From Lama glama (Eukaryota), in contig CM052817.1 of NCBI GenBank assembly GCA_028534125.1, positions 67,582,001 through 67,646,000 on the forward strand: 64,000 nt of DNA. The letters are read 5' to 3'. Made by a program: the position numbers and the translations under genes. Below, piece after piece: positions 49,370-63,135 of this stretch. How positions within the stretch are numbered: the stretch's first letter is position 1; each line of letters opens with the position of its first letter. The notes below the pieces were generated by a model that was not told where the DNA came from, did not search any database, and worked only from the letters and a program-made list of their open reading frames with translations.

Positions 49370-50415
49370 CCAGGGCCAGATCTTGGCTTCAAATATATTT
49401 CCCAGTAAAAGGAATCAGGGTTACACAGAGGAACAGTTGATCTCGGGTGAGGTCAGGGAGTACACAAGGCAAGCCAGAGCAACTTGCAGGGCGAGAAAGG
49501 AAGGAAGCACTCAAAAGCCAAAGGGGTGGGACACATCTAAAGGACACAGGCGCCATCGTGAAAAAAGCTCTCAACAGCCAAAACTGGATCATTCTAAGCA
49601 GTTAATAAAATAATGTTGTATGGCGAAATTATAACCCAAAATATAAAATAGATGTCCATGAGTTCAAACTGATATAAATAAATGATTGAATCAATTACAT
49701 AAATAAATAAATTAGGGAGCAAAGATAAATCTGTTACAGAAGAACCTAAATAATTTTTGTAAATACTCCTCACAAGTAGGGGACCTGAGCTCCCCATTTC
49801 TTGAGTGCTGGCCACACTTAGTGCCTTGATTTTAAAGAGTGTGGAAAGGTAGGGGCAAAACTAAATTTACAGCAGAGAAACCTGACAAACACTATTTAAG
49901 GCAGGTGATCAAGGTTAACATCCAATAAGTCAGGTTGATAGTGTGTACCCTCAACACACGGTGATGGGATGAGCACGTCACCTCTACGGTCTCCCTCTCA
50001 TCAACACTATCTCTAGGTCTATCATGAGAAAAATATTAGACAAATCCCAAATGAGGGACATTCTACAAAATACCCAACCGGTACTCCTCAAAACGGTCAA
50101 GGTCATCAAAAACAAAGTCTGAGAAACTGTCACAGCCACGAGGGGACTCAGGAGGCATGATGATTAAGTGTAACATAGCACCCTGGATGGGATCTTGAAA
50201 CAGAAAAAAAAAATTTAGAGGAAAACTACCAAAATCTGAATAAAGCATGACATTGAGTTAATAGTAATGTATCAGTGTTGGTTTCTTGGCTGTGACGAAG
50301 TTACCACAGAAATGTAAGATTTAACAGTGAGGGAAACTGGGTGTGGAACTCTCTATACTCTCTTTGAAGCTTTTCTGTAAATCTAAAACTATTTAAAGAC
50401 GCAAATTGTTTTTAA
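49370..50415 (+). mobile_element. L1MC/L1MD 3' UTR
   Basis: 'gggccagatcttggcttcaaata', 'agacaaatcccaaatgagggacattctacaaaatacc' and 'ttttctgtaaatctaaaactatt'. Confidence 0.88.
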
Positions 50416-50519
50416 TTAACCAATAGGTCCCAATTACATAAAGGAATACATTAGGAATACTTAAAACTAAAATATTTTTATCCCTTGGGGACTAAGAGTA
50501 ATATTAAGAATAAGAACAC

Positions 50520-50665
50520 CAATAACTATCATTTATTGAATGCTTACAAAGTTCCAGCACCATGCTTCAGAAAACACATATTAACTCATTTCATCCAGGA
50601 AGCAAGCCTATGAGCCAGGTCCTCATCACCACCCTTCTTCTATATATGAGGAAACTGAGGCAAAG
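50520..50665 (-). mobile_element. MIR SINE
   Basis: 'atttattgaatgcttac...atgaggaaactgaggca' (MIR core). Confidence 0.85.
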
Positions 50666-51984
50666 GGAAGCATATCAGGGATGGATGGCTGAGGGGCTGA
50701 ATGTTGCTAATCAGGAAGAGGGCTGCTCAAAAATCTAAGTTGCACTATAGGATGTTTCTCAGATTAGACACCCATACTGAAGTATTAAAGGGATTATTTC
50801 ACATAGAGGATGCTAAGTACAAAATTAAAAGAGGATGAATTATTCCTGACAGGGAGGAAAAAAGACTATAATCAGATTTCTTACCCTAAGCTTTGGGGGG
50901 ATTGCAAATGCCTGACAAGAATACTAGACAATTCTGGAAGGAACGGGCATATGGTGATATATTCAATCCTAGGATCTGAGGAGTCAGTGCTTACAGATGA
51001 ACCAGGATTCATATAAGCCAGCTTTTACTTAGGAATGTCGATTAGATGCCAAAGACATGGAAATAGATGTAGTAGGAGGGGTAGGGAGGGCCAGCCAGCC
51101 AGAGCTGAGCTTCCCTCTGGAATTGTGGTTCACGGATCAAAATTTCTCTAAAACCTCATGAAAAAGCCTGCAGATTAGGAGAACTACCAGACACTTGACA
51201 TCATATTTGTTCAAGGACTTCTCTCTTGGGGCAGAAAAGGGAATCTAACAGAGCTAAGAACCAGAGGAAACAGGTAAGAGAGAGGACACCCAGACCCGCA
51301 GGTGATCAGCGGTCAGAAGGCCTTGCAGGGGCTTCAGATGAAACCAACCATGAGTCAAGAGCACTTGTCCCAGAGCAAACAGCATGGGAGCTGGCAGGGA
51401 GCAGCGGACTTGGGTTGTTCCCTTATTTACTCTGGTGAAAGGTCCCCAAAGGTGTAGTGAGATGGAAGCAGAGCTGGTGCCAGGCCCCTCCCAGCTTCTG
51501 TTGTTTACTCATATAACAGAAAACCATGCCTGGTTCCAATTGTGGGGAACACCACATTGTAGTCCAGCACCTGGAAGGTGGCCCCTCACCTACACTCCCT
51601 GCATAAATATTTATTTCCTGAATAAAATAGTTCTCAACAAATTAGTTTTTGTTTATTAAGTTCTAAGTTAGTTTACATCAGCTAATTATATACTGAGTGC
51701 ACTCTGTCTGACAAGTAAATTCAAAACCCTAATTCACAGAGTGGGGAAAAAAGAAAAGGAAAAGAGGTAGACCTCCTAAATCTACTCACAAGTCTTATTC
51801 CTAGATTAGTGTCGATACATTAATTAGGTCCTGACATTCTGAGAATAACTAATATGCATTCATTGCTCAAAAAATACAGATTGATCACTTGCCATGTGAC
51901 AAGTTTGTATCTGGCTCTGGGGATACACAGTTGAATGGCAAAAAGTGCTTTCCTTCAGAAAACTCAGCGTCTAGAAGAGTGATA

Positions 51985-52190
51985 ATAAGAGCTGACACTT
52001 ACCAGTCACGTGTATTTAGCACTGTGCTAAGCATGTTACACACATTAATTTAATCTTCCCAATAAATATATTAAATGGTACTATTATTATTTTCATTTTC
52101 CAAATGACAAAACTACAACTGAAAAAGCTTAAGTCACTCAAGAATATACAAGTTACAGAGCTAAAGTTTGAACTCAGTAAAACTGACTCC
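51985..52190 (-). mobile_element. MIR SINE
   Basis: 'gcactgtgctaagcatgttaca...tattattattttcattttccaaatgacaaaac...cagagctaaagtttgaactcag'. Confidence 0.75.
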
Positions 52191-52954
52191 GGAGTACGAG
52201 AGTATGAAAAATCTCTCTGAAAGACATGTGTGATTTCAAAAATATATATTTATCAGTAACACACAATGCCTAGTGCAGTAAAATGAATATCGAATATCAG
52301 TATTGTAACGTGAAATTCTATAAGCCTCTCTGATCTGGAAGATCCAAGAAGACTGTGAATGTGTCTGGGGGTGGGGATGGGGAAGGATGGCAGTAATTAA
52401 AATATTTATAACAATAGTAATAATAGAATAATGATCTGATGAAATTCTACCAGCAGACTCATGGGAACCTAGCCTCTATATCTTTCTTTTGGGATCAAGA
52501 AGGACCTGAGGTATCTCTCTTAAGGGTTTACAGCCTGAGTCTTATTGGTCCCTCCTTTGTTGTTTCTGACAATAGGGCTTCAAAGGAGGAAGTAATTCAC
52601 TTTATTCAATTTTTCATTGAAAGTTTGATGGAAAAATATGTGCTCAATGGAGATCTTGAGGAGAGGGAGAATTTTTCTAGGTAGTCAAGGAAAGGAAGAT
52701 ATTCTAGGCTGAGGAAACAGAAGGACATGTGTTCTAGAATCTCTAGAACATAGAAAAAGGGGTACAGAAACTGGAGGTACACACACTAGCTAGAAATTGA
52801 CTGAAAAAAATAGTGAAACTTCCCAAGAAAAAAATGAGTGTCATTTTTTTGTGTGACATAAAACAAATGACAGGGAGTAATGAGTAAGACGGAATGGATA
52901 TGTGAAACATGCTATCAAGGTCAAGATGACAGTCTTCAGTGACAAATGAGATTT

Positions 52955-54140
52955 TTATTCATATGTTTATCCATAGAATATTTATTGAGCACCCACTATG
53001 TTTTTGGTATGGCTCTAAGTGCAACAATGGACACAAGTCTTTGCCTTATGATGTTTTATGATGCATTCCAGTGGGGGCAATAGAAAGTAAACAAGTACCT
53101 CTATAGTAATATGTTAGGTAATAATAAATGCAATGGAGAAACAGAGAGCAGGAGAAGGTATGCTGGTGGAGTGGGCAGGGGAGACAATGGGACAGACGGG
53201 GAGGGCGGGAAACAGAATAATGGTCCCCCATAATATCCGAAGTTTAAACCCTGGAACCCGTGAATGTGTCGTGTCATAAAACAAAGGGGGATTACGTTTG
53301 TACATGGAATTATGGGGCCAATCAGTCAACTGTAAAATAAGGATTTTTTAAAACACTAGATTATCTGGGCAAGTCTGATATAATCACAAGGGTCCTTAAA
53401 AGTGAAAGAGGAAATCAGAAAAAAAGAAAAAAAAAAGAGAGAGTGAGAGAGATGGTTGACTAAGATGGACTTGGCTCGATGTTGCTGACTTAGAAGGTGG
53501 AGAAAAGACTGTGAACTGAGCAACGTGGGCATCCTCCAGGGGCTCTGGGGCACAAGGACACAGATTCTCCCCTAGAGCCTCCAGAAAGGAACACAGCCCA
53601 GCCGACACCCTGGTTTTTATCCAAGAAAGATCTGTAGCAGACTTCTGACCTCCTGAACTGTTGGACAGTAAAATTGTATTGTTTAAGTCACTGAGTCTGT
53701 GGTGGTATATTTCAGCAGCAATGGGAAACCAACACAGGGAGCGGCAGCTCCCTCCCTGGATAATCACTAGAATGGCAGGTGATAGTGTCATTAGTTCAGG
53801 GAGAGGAAATAAAAGGAGGGGAGTTTTCTTACTTGCTATTCAGAGTATTTTGAGAAAAAATGATGAGTTCAGTTTCAAAATTATTGGTGCAGGTACCAAC
53901 AAGGACAACCAGATGGAAATGTTTAGAAGATAGTTGAATAGAAACATCAGGGGAAAAAAGGATAATGGATTTGGGAGTTTTGCCATGTTTTTAGTCAATC
54001 TGCAAGTGGTAGTAGAATCCATAAGCAAAGATGAGATTGTCCAGGGAGTGCCTGTAGCAGCATGAGAAGTAAGGGGTTCCTAGCACAGAGACCTTGAGAA
54101 TACTCACTTAGAAAGTTGTGGGGGAAATAGTGACTTGCAA
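52955..54140 (-). mobile_element. L2 LINE split by an MLT1D insertion
   Basis: 'atatttattgagcacccactatg' at the left; resumes after the LTR with 'gatgagttcagttt' and 'gatttgggagt'. Confidence 0.7.
53203..53736 (+). mobile_element. MaLR solo LTR (MLT1D)
   Basis: 'cagaataatggtccccca...taatcacaagggtccttaaaagtgaaagagg...gattctcccctagagcctccagaaaggaacacagccc...aaaccaacaca'. Confidence 0.92.
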
Positions 54141-54149
54141 AGGAGACTC

Positions 54150-54945
54150 TCCCTCTAGATATATCTAACCCCACCTTGGATCTCAGTCCTGCGTCCACGC
54201 CCACATTGACTACAGCTCATAGGAGATCTCCACTTGCACGTTGCATAAGCCCATCAAATTTGCTGTGTCCAAAATGAAATTAATCTCCCACATACCTGAT
54301 TGTCTTGCTGTGTCCTTACTTTCAGCTCAGGATACCTCTAGGAACTTAGTTATCCGAAGTAGAGAGTCATGGATTAAGTAGGATTCTCCCTTTCTTTCCC
54401 TAGCCTCCTCATAAAATCTTTATCAAATTCTATCAGTCCAATCTCCATATGCTTCTCAAATTTTTTGACTTCTCCCCATCCCCACTGCTGTTTTCCAGGC
54501 CATGATCATCTCTCAGCAAGACCTCAGCATTAGCCTTCCCCATGCTTTCTTCCCCCTCCTCACTCCATTCCCGCACTGCTCCTAGCACGCTGTTCCAAAT
54601 GCACAGTGCTTGTATCACTGCCCTGCCAAAAACCCTTCAGTGGTTTTTCCTGAACTCTCAAGATAAAAATCGAAGTCCCTTAGCACGGCAAAAACTCCAT
54701 GAAATGACCTCACTCTTGACTATGCCCCAATCTCAACCTCTCTCCTAAATCACATGAAAAAGTTGACTTTTTCTCAATACACCATCTGTTTTCTCATGTA
54801 TCCTATCCTTGGCACATACTGCTCCCTCTGCCTTTAGAAAACCCCACCCTTCTCTATGTCAATAGCTTATCCTGGCCCTTCAGGACTCAGCTTATGTACT
54901 ACCTCTTTCAGAAATCTTTCCTGGACATCTCCAAAATGTACTGAG
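54150..54945 (+). mobile_element. L2 LINE 3' portion
   Basis: 'atctccacttg', 'tgtccaaaatgaa', 'aaaacccttcagtgg' and 'cttcaggactcagctt'. Confidence 0.75.
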
Positions 54946-54959
54946 GAGCACCCCGCAAT

Positions 54960-55362
54960 GTAAACCTTTATGCAGAAAAGAGATTTATTAAAAATATGTC
55001 AGGGAAATTATTAAAGACAGAGAAAGGGGGATTATTTAAAAAAAAAAAGACAGAAAACAGGTACATTCTGGGGTCTGGTGGCAGAAACCCCCAACACCAC
55101 TGCCAGGATGCCACCCCTGGAACACATTCACACAAAGCTTACTTTTCATCCTCTTGTCAGCCTCTCATGATTCAAAGTCCCAGGAGAGAGTCTGGTCTGT
55201 CTGGCCGGAGTCATATGATGACCACTTAGCTAGAGGAAGGCCATACTGACATATATCCTTACCACCACCACACACACGGGGAGAAGAGAATTCACCACAC
55301 TGACATCAAGGTGCTGCCACCAAGGAAGGAGAGTCCAAAACAACCATAAATATCCACCACAG
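54960..55362 (-). mobile_element. Old MaLR LTR (MLT1M/N-like)
   Basis: 'cagaaaagagatttattaaaaatat' at the start and 'aaatatccaccaca' at the end. Confidence 0.45.
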
Positions 55363-58294
55363 CCTTAAAATAAATGTGGGGGTCACTGGGTTTGTGCTGT
55401 CAGAAACATATTTTTCCCCTAAAGTGTGATAACACATTGGAGAAAATCAGAATAGAATTTGAGCTGTCTTGTTTTCAAAGAAACTTGGTATTTCATTTTA
55501 ACAGTGTCTTGAGTAAGTCAACCATTCATTACAATGTGCTGTAGGCTAAAATCATGGCCGCTTCTTTTGTCATCTGAAATAAAAAGCTCAAAAAAGATAT
55601 TTTGTACTAAAAAAAATGATATTCCTTTTGAGTTACATCACGGGTAAGGAAATTCCCAGGATAGACTGATACCTCATATGTAGTAGTGAGGCTCATAAGA
55701 GCAAGTAAAGGGATACAGTCCTTTTCCTGAAGAGCAGTGAGCATCTTTCTATTACCTCTTGTTTCTCTTTTAGGCCTCATGAAGTCACAAGACGTAGCCC
55801 ACAGTAGCACAGATACAGTCACAATTCCAACAGACATCCACCAGGCATGCCTACAGATTTCCCTTCAGCTCCTGGCCCTGACATCCTCCACATGTCACGG
55901 GTACTTAGTTATATTTATTTTTCAATCAAGGCATGAGCTCCTCAGCTGCAAAAGGGATAGGGCATGCAAAAACACCCTGGCTTAGAAGCAGACCTTGGGG
56001 TATGCCCATTCTATAGTAGACAGATGTCCTCTCTGGAATCTCTTGGAAAGATCACTTGAAAGAAGCTTTAGTGAGAGGCACACTAGTGCAGCACCAAAGT
56101 CTCAAACCTTGGGATGCAGAACATCCATGTTTTCTATAAATAGGATACTGGGTGGCTAGACAGCACATGTGACCTCTTCAAGGTTTCTATCTTTCTGCCA
56201 CCAGGTTTATTAGCATTCATTTTTTACTCTCGTCTACTGATGGGTATTAACAGAAGTAGAATTGCATATCATTGGATATTCCATTAACATAAAGTTCTTT
56301 TAAAAAGAAAAAAAGAAGTGGCAGCAGCTTATAGAGGAAAAACTATTTCAGAAAGTGTTCTTATCCTGGTTTCTCTGCTAACTGGCAATGTTACCTTGTG
56401 CAAACTAACTTTTCTGTGTTTCTAGTTTTTCTACTGTGCATAGTAGCATTAGTTGTGAGAGCTCAGTAAGATAATTGACATAAAAGTAGTTTGGAAAAGA
56501 AAAAAGCAAACTATTATAACCAAAATCAGAATAGACAAGTGCTTTGACAAATTAACTACTTTACTCCAAAATTATAATTCCCATCTGATAATAATGCTAC
56601 TTTCAGAGTCAGGAACTAGAGAAGCGCTCCATTTCTTCCCACGGTTATACTGTGTTACTTCCCAGTCGTGCCAAGCAAGTTCTTCTCCCTAGTTTTGTAA
56701 GTTACCTACTGACAACTAATAAGTGGCTTTTCAGCCAATGAGTGTTTTGGTTATTATCTTCCCCCAAAATAGGAAAAGTAAAATTCTGAAAAGTTCACTG
56801 AATGACACAACTTCCGGCAGATTTCATTTCTATTAATGCTTAGCCATCAAAATACCAGCGCTTTGAAGAAAACTGGATGTGATATGAGCCAAGCCAAATA
56901 AATATAAACATTGACTATTCATAGGTACATATATGTTGAATCTAAAACTTATTTTTAAGTGATTCTGGAGGCACTTTTGGAAGTTCAATAAATGCTTCAG
57001 AAATCAGTAGGACATCCACAAATGGTAATAGTATTTAGCTCATTTCAATGGAAATAGTCTCATTAACATGTCAGCTGCTAAAAATGTATGAGCCCAGCCA
57101 CATCCTTTGGCTGCCTCAAGGTAAGAAACCCTGCTTGCACAGTGTTGCTTTAAAAAATAATCCTTGTTTGAATTGTTAGCAGTTGCTCTAGTGGTAGCCC
57201 ATGGCAAGAAATTCAACCCCTTCTCTCTCCCTCCTCCCTCTATGAACACTTCCAAACCCTTCAGCTAGCTTTTATACTGCCAATGCAAAACAACTTTTCT
57301 GACTGCATTTTAAATTATTTTAACCAGCTTGAGTGATAGACACCCTCCTCGGTGCAGAAAATGCAAAATTGCAATCTAAAAACTTCAGAATTCAGAACAT
57401 CCACATAGCTTCTGCAAAATGATCTCAAAGTCCCAAACATAATGAGCAATATCTGTAATAACGTCAGGGCAAATATCCAGTAAAACAATCACATGGCATT
57501 AACCAAGCAACTCTTTTAGATTATCTGCTTTCTAAAAATTTATTAAATGGAAAAATTTAAATAATTTTTGTTCTCAGAGTATGAGGTTTGCTTTTAAAAA
57601 GGTAGTTTCAAGGAAGGGTTTCATTTCTATATTGGTGACTTAAAACACTAGGATGTTTAGGAAGACATCATATAGTGTCTGCTTTGAATTAAAGCAATTT
57701 CAGGCAATAGAGCTCATACAGGAACTATAATTCATGGGAAACATTTTTTTAAATTGTGATCAATGAAACATTGAAACCTGCATTTGCTATCACATTAACT
57801 TTAAGTCTTTAGAACTGTTCACTCAGCACCTACATTGATTATTTTGAGCCATTAGCTAAGCTCACGTTCCATATTCTATCCAAATTAGGCAGAACAGCAC
57901 AAATTGAAAGAAAGAATATTTTAATTATATTTTAAGATTAAAATGCCAAGAAAGTTCTTCCCATTTCCCAGTTTTGCTAAGTAATAAATGCCACTGGTTA
58001 ACATTTCAAAATTCTATATAAAACGACTTTTGCTTTCTTGGAAACACCAACCGAGTACCTCTGAAACCTTCTTGACGAGTTCTCTAAAAGCAATTAGTGA
58101 GTTTTTTTCTTCATTGGAATGAGAGGTTTTACAGCAACTTTTCAAGGCTCCTGCTCCCACCCTCTTTCTAATGCTTTAAATCCAAATGGCAAGTAGCCAG
58201 ATGGCACAGAGTGTTCAGTGCAGAAAACAGGAGTCTCTTAACATCTCGAAACCAGCTCTACCACTTCTGCTCCTGGCACCAAGGAATAAAAAGG

Positions 58295-59770
58295 AAGAGA
58301 AAGAGGAAATGGGAGGAAATCTCTGTGACCTTGGGTTAGGAAAAGATCTTAGGTATTACATCAAAAGCAAGATCCACAAAATAACAAACTGATAAATTGG
58401 ACTTCATTGAAATTAAAAACATGTTCTTTTAAAAACAGTACTAATAGAGTGAAAAGGAAAGTCACAGACTAGAAAAAAATATTTGTGTATTATATGTATG
58501 ATAAAGAACTTGTTTAAAGAATGCATAAAGATCTTTCAAAACTCAGGAAAAAAATCTTAGTAAGAGGGGAAAAAATTTCAATAGACACTTGCACAAAGAA
58601 GTCATGCAGACTGCAAATAAACAGATGAAAAGATATTCAATGTCATTGATCAATAAAGGGATGCAAATTAAAGCCAAAATGAGATACCACTGCACATCCA
58701 TCAGAATGAATAAAATTTAAAAACTTGTATCAAATGTCTATAACACTGTAGGACAACTGGAAACCTCATGCACTGCTGAGGAAAACGTGAAATGGTACAA
58801 CCAGTTTGGAAAACAATGTGACAGTTTCTTAAATTAACATGCACCTACCACATGATTCAGCCATTCCATTCCCAGATTTTTACCTAAGAGAAATGAAAGT
58901 ATCTGTCTGTGAGTGTTCAGACAGCTGTGTTTGTAATTACCAAAAAATCAGAAACAATCCAAATACCATCAACGTATGAATGGATCAACAAATGGTTCTT
59001 TACCCATTATGAGAGAATATTACTCTGCAATATAAAAGAATGAACTATTGACACATGACAATGTAGATGAATCTCAAATAAGTGTAATGAGAGAAAGAAA
59101 TTAAACAGAAACAAAAAAGCACATAATATATGATTCTATTTATATGAAATTCTAGAAAATGCAAAGTAATCTGTAGTAACAAAAAGCAGATCAGTGGTTG
59201 CCCAGGGAAGAGGGAAAGGGGTGGGATGGAGCAGGAGGAAGAAATTACAAAGGAACACAAGAGAACTCTTGGAGAGAAAGACAAATATCATACATTATCA
59301 CTTACATGTGGAATTTAAAAATAATGACACAGATGAACTTATTTACAAAACAGAAACAGACTCACAGACATAGAAAACGTATGGTTGCCAAAGAGGAAGA
59401 GAGGAAGAGGGACAAATTAAGAGTTTGGGGTTAGCAGATACAAACAACTATATATAAAATAGATAACCAACAAGGTCGTACTGTATAGCACAGGGGACTA
59501 TATTTAATAGCTTGTAATAATCTATAATGAAAAAGAACATATACATATGTATAATTGAGTCACTATTCTGTACACCAGAAACTAATACAACATTGTAAAT
59601 CAACTAAACTTCAATTTTAAAAAAATGCTCTTGGAGGTGATAAGTTAACTATCTTAATTGTAGTGAGAGTTTTGTGCATGTAAACATATATACAAATTTA
59701 TCAATTGTATGCTTTATATACATGCAGTTCAATTTATGTAACTTATACCTCAATAAAGCTGTATGTTAAA
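58295..59770 (+). mobile_element. L1MB/L1MC ORF2 end plus 3' UTR, interrupted by a younger L1
   Basis: 'tgtgaccttgggttagg', 'gataaattggacttcattgaaattaaaaac', 'aatgagataccactgcacatcca' and end 'ttatacctcaataaagctg'. Confidence 0.9.
59275..59627 (+). mobile_element. Artiodactyl L1 3' UTR nested in the older L1
   Basis: 'agaaagacaaatatcat...gaacttatttacaaaacagaaacagactcacagacatagaaaac...'; TSD ctcttggag on both sides (~59266 and ~59628). Confidence 0.88.
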
Positions 59771-62289
59771 AAAACAAAAGGAAAGAAAAGAAAAACATTC
59801 TCCAGAGACAATGTTTGGATATCACATAGTTGGGAGTAAACCAAGTTGTCTGCTCTTGGCGCACACTGAACTTCCCTCCCCCACTCATGACATCTGCAAA
59901 TTTAACAACTATCAAATAAAGTGTGCAGTCTTCATGGATAATATACTTATACACACAAAAGGCATCCAAACAATTAGCCACTTTCTCAGAATAACTATAA
60001 ATGTCTGATGAGTACAAAGCAGACAGATTTGATCTACAATGTTTCCCTCCTCCGTGATGGTGGGCGGGTAAAACATATTTATATGTTGGGACATGCTCAT
60101 TTCCCAGGCTTCATTGAAGGGCTAGATGCACGTCTTTTCTTTTTACCCCAGACTTTTGCACCACTGGGGATCTGTTGCCTTGCAGCCTGCGGGCTCTGTC
60201 CCTGGAGCAGATGGAGCAATTCTTTCCTCCTTCTAGTTAGATTTGATACTCACTGATAAACATTTCCTCCTTGCTGAGTATTCTTGTTCACATGTGTTCA
60301 TTTGGCATTGTACCTGCTCATAAGATGTTCTAGCAACACAGGTGCCAAGTCATAATGGTTCTGCTCTGCGAGCCTAGAGTCTTCGGGGTACTATTTAATT
60401 CTGTCCTTTGAACCTTCCTGATGATGATGTGATAAAGCTTTAGACATTTTTTTTGCAATATATTGCTGACATTCTCATATTCATTCAGCTTAAGATACTT
60501 TTATAAAGATAGCATTTTGACATCCTTGGTGTGTAGTGAGGACTAGCTCTTTCTCACTTCTGTTTATTCCCTAAGGAAGATGCCAATGACTTTATTAAAA
60601 AGGAAGGGGCTGTTTGCCAGTTGGAACGGCCTCACATGCCCTGTGAAGCTGCCCAACGTAGCTGGTGGGCCAAAGAACCCAGTCGCCATCCTGGGATCTG
60701 GTTCCTGCCAGAGCTCCCATGAACTGAGACTCAGCAGAAAAGAGCCAACAAGTCTATGGTATGTGTAGCTATTTTCTTGGCACAAGTGCAATTCAGTTTA
60801 TACCAGCTAGTGTTGCCTGTTTGCCTGTGTGGAGTATTTAGCTCATACACAAATAAGCAGTTCCTATGACCCTTGGTAGACATGGTAATAGTTTGGACTG
60901 AAAACTGACCCAGAGCAGAATTCTGCCAGTTCTACTGTGATTAACTCATTGCACTGGTAAAGAAAGGGCAGCTCTGGCTGAGCCTTTAGGTTTAGGTTGA
61001 GAATCAGCCTACCAAGTGCTCTACTACTATGATCCAGTCAATGTACAGTGAACCCAGAGGTTTTTGGATACCTTTAAACCACTTCCAACATACACGGAAT
61101 GGGAAGACAGCATCGGTACAAGCACTGACTCTTCCCAATATGTCATCTGTGGAGTTCTGGATTCTTCTTTAGTGGTCTAGAGTCCCTTGAAAGGTGGAAA
61201 ATACATCACTAACCCAGGCTTCCAGCATCCTTTGGGTTTTCAGCATAGACACATAATCCAAGGAACATAATGCCAACAATGAGCAACGCTCCCATGATTC
61301 CTGCCATCCAAGGGATTTGGATAGAACTGACATCTTCAGAAATGCTGTGAGTATAGTGCTAGTCAATAAATGGGCTTTGTCTTCCTATATTTCTTCCCGT
61401 TCCAGTGCTGACAGTATGAGTTTGTTAAAAATCTCTCTTCAGCCTGAGGGTAAAAGGAATCTTAGAAACTTCCCAGACCAACTGAACATGCCTCCAACTT
61501 AAACTTTAGACACACATCTACATCTTAACAATTTCAAAAGCTGCCCAGTTAGCATTTACTTAAATTACTGCTGATATTGAAAATAAATTGAAATGTTAGA
61601 TTATTTGGTTACTCTTTGTCTCCTGTAATTTTTTAAATTAAATATTTGCCACAGTAGAAGTTGCCAAGTATCTTAATTATTCAGTGCATGTGCTGAAAAG
61701 GCTTCAATTACTATGTGAATACTCTTCGAGGTGCAGGACTAAAATTTCACTTATTCCATTTGTTAAGGAATAGGGAATGTTTTCTTGCTGACAGGGAAAG
61801 GAAAGCAATATTTGAAAGTGAAAACCAAGCAAAATTGTATGCATTTCAGAGTACATTTCTCCAAGCAGCTCACACTGAGTAGCAAAGTCACATAGTTAGT
61901 CACTTTCCTTCTTATTCATGCATTTCCTGATATATAAAAACATCTGTTTAGTTAGTCAGAAAGTACACATTGTCACAGTCCAAGCCATTGTGACTGTTCA
62001 TAACAGGAAGTGGGGACTGATATGGATTATCAGTTGGAGTGTGGGACACAGGTGCTTCTGCAATTTGGTTATTAAATATTATTAACATCATTCTAAGTTA
62101 TAAGCTGCAATTGGGAGTAAGTTAGTAGTAATTTTATTTTTATTTTTTTTACCACAGTTTTGTATTGTGTACAGCTAATTTAGTGAATGCACTGGCCCAG
62201 GCTAAAATGCATGAAGGGAGGAAAGAGCAGGAATCTTCCCTTGAAAACAGGGAAGCAGAACTTGATGAGGACATAAGCTGTTTCTCTGC

Positions 62290-62647
62290 TGCCTCAGTCC
62301 ATGCAGGCTGCTATAACAAAATACCATAGTCTGGGTAACTTATAAACCATAAATTTATTTCTCACAGTTCTGGAGGCTGAGAAGTCTAAGGTTAAGGTGT
62401 CAGTGGATCTGGTATTTGGTGAGATGTCTGCCCCACTTCCTGGCTCACAGATGGACATCTTTTTCACTGTGCCCTCACATGGTGGAAGAGGGGAGGGAGT
62501 TCTCTGGGGTCTTTTACAAGAGCACTAATCCCATTCATGAGAGCTCCACCTTCATGACCTAGGAACCTCCCAATGGCACCACCTCCTAATACCATTACAT
62601 TTTGACATTTGAACTTTGAAGAGACACAAACATTCAGACCATAACAC
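62290..62647 (-). mobile_element. MaLR solo LTR (MLT1A)
   Basis: 'ggctgctataacaaaataccatag...aatttatttctcacagttctggaggctgagaagtc...cattcagaccataaca'. Confidence 0.9.
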
Positions 62648-62760
62648 CTGTGGTCATAACTTTACCTCTTGTTTCTTAATTTTTTGCTTCTGTCATCTTT
62701 TGAGACCTATAGGCCCTCACTGCGTGCCTGCATTACAATATGAAAGAGTCACAATCTAGG

Positions 62761-62866
62761 GGGAAGGATATATATAGCTCAGTGGCAGAATACATGCTTA
62801 GCATGTATGGGGTCTGGGGTTCAATCCCCATTACCTCCATTAAAATAAGTAAATACATTTTTTTTA
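62761..62866 (+). mobile_element. Camelid tRNA-Ala-derived SINE (short Vic-1 type)
   Basis: tatagctcagtggcagaatacatgcttagcatgtatggggtctggggttcaatcccc; perfect 18-bp flanking repeat aaagagtcacaatctagg (62743-62760 and 62867-62884). Confidence 0.92.
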
Positions 62867-62889
62867 AAAGAGTCACAATCTAGGCTGGT

Positions 62890-63135
62890 AATAACAACAA
62901 CCATGAATTGAACACCTGTTACGGGCCAAATACCGTGACAGCATTTTCCCAAAAGTAAGTCCATACAACCCATAGTCCTCACAACAATCCTGCAAGATGA
63001 GTGTTATTATCTCCATTCTACGTGCAAGGAACCTAAGATTCAGAGAGGGTAAATTATTGACCAACAGACATACAGTGTTAGGTAGCAGAGCTTCAAACAC
63101 AGGATTGTCTGCTTCCAAAGTCAATTTTTCTCATA
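62890..63135 (-). mobile_element. MIR SINE
   Basis: 'cctcacaacaatcctgcaag...gttattatctccattcta...cagagagggtaaatt'. Confidence 0.8.
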
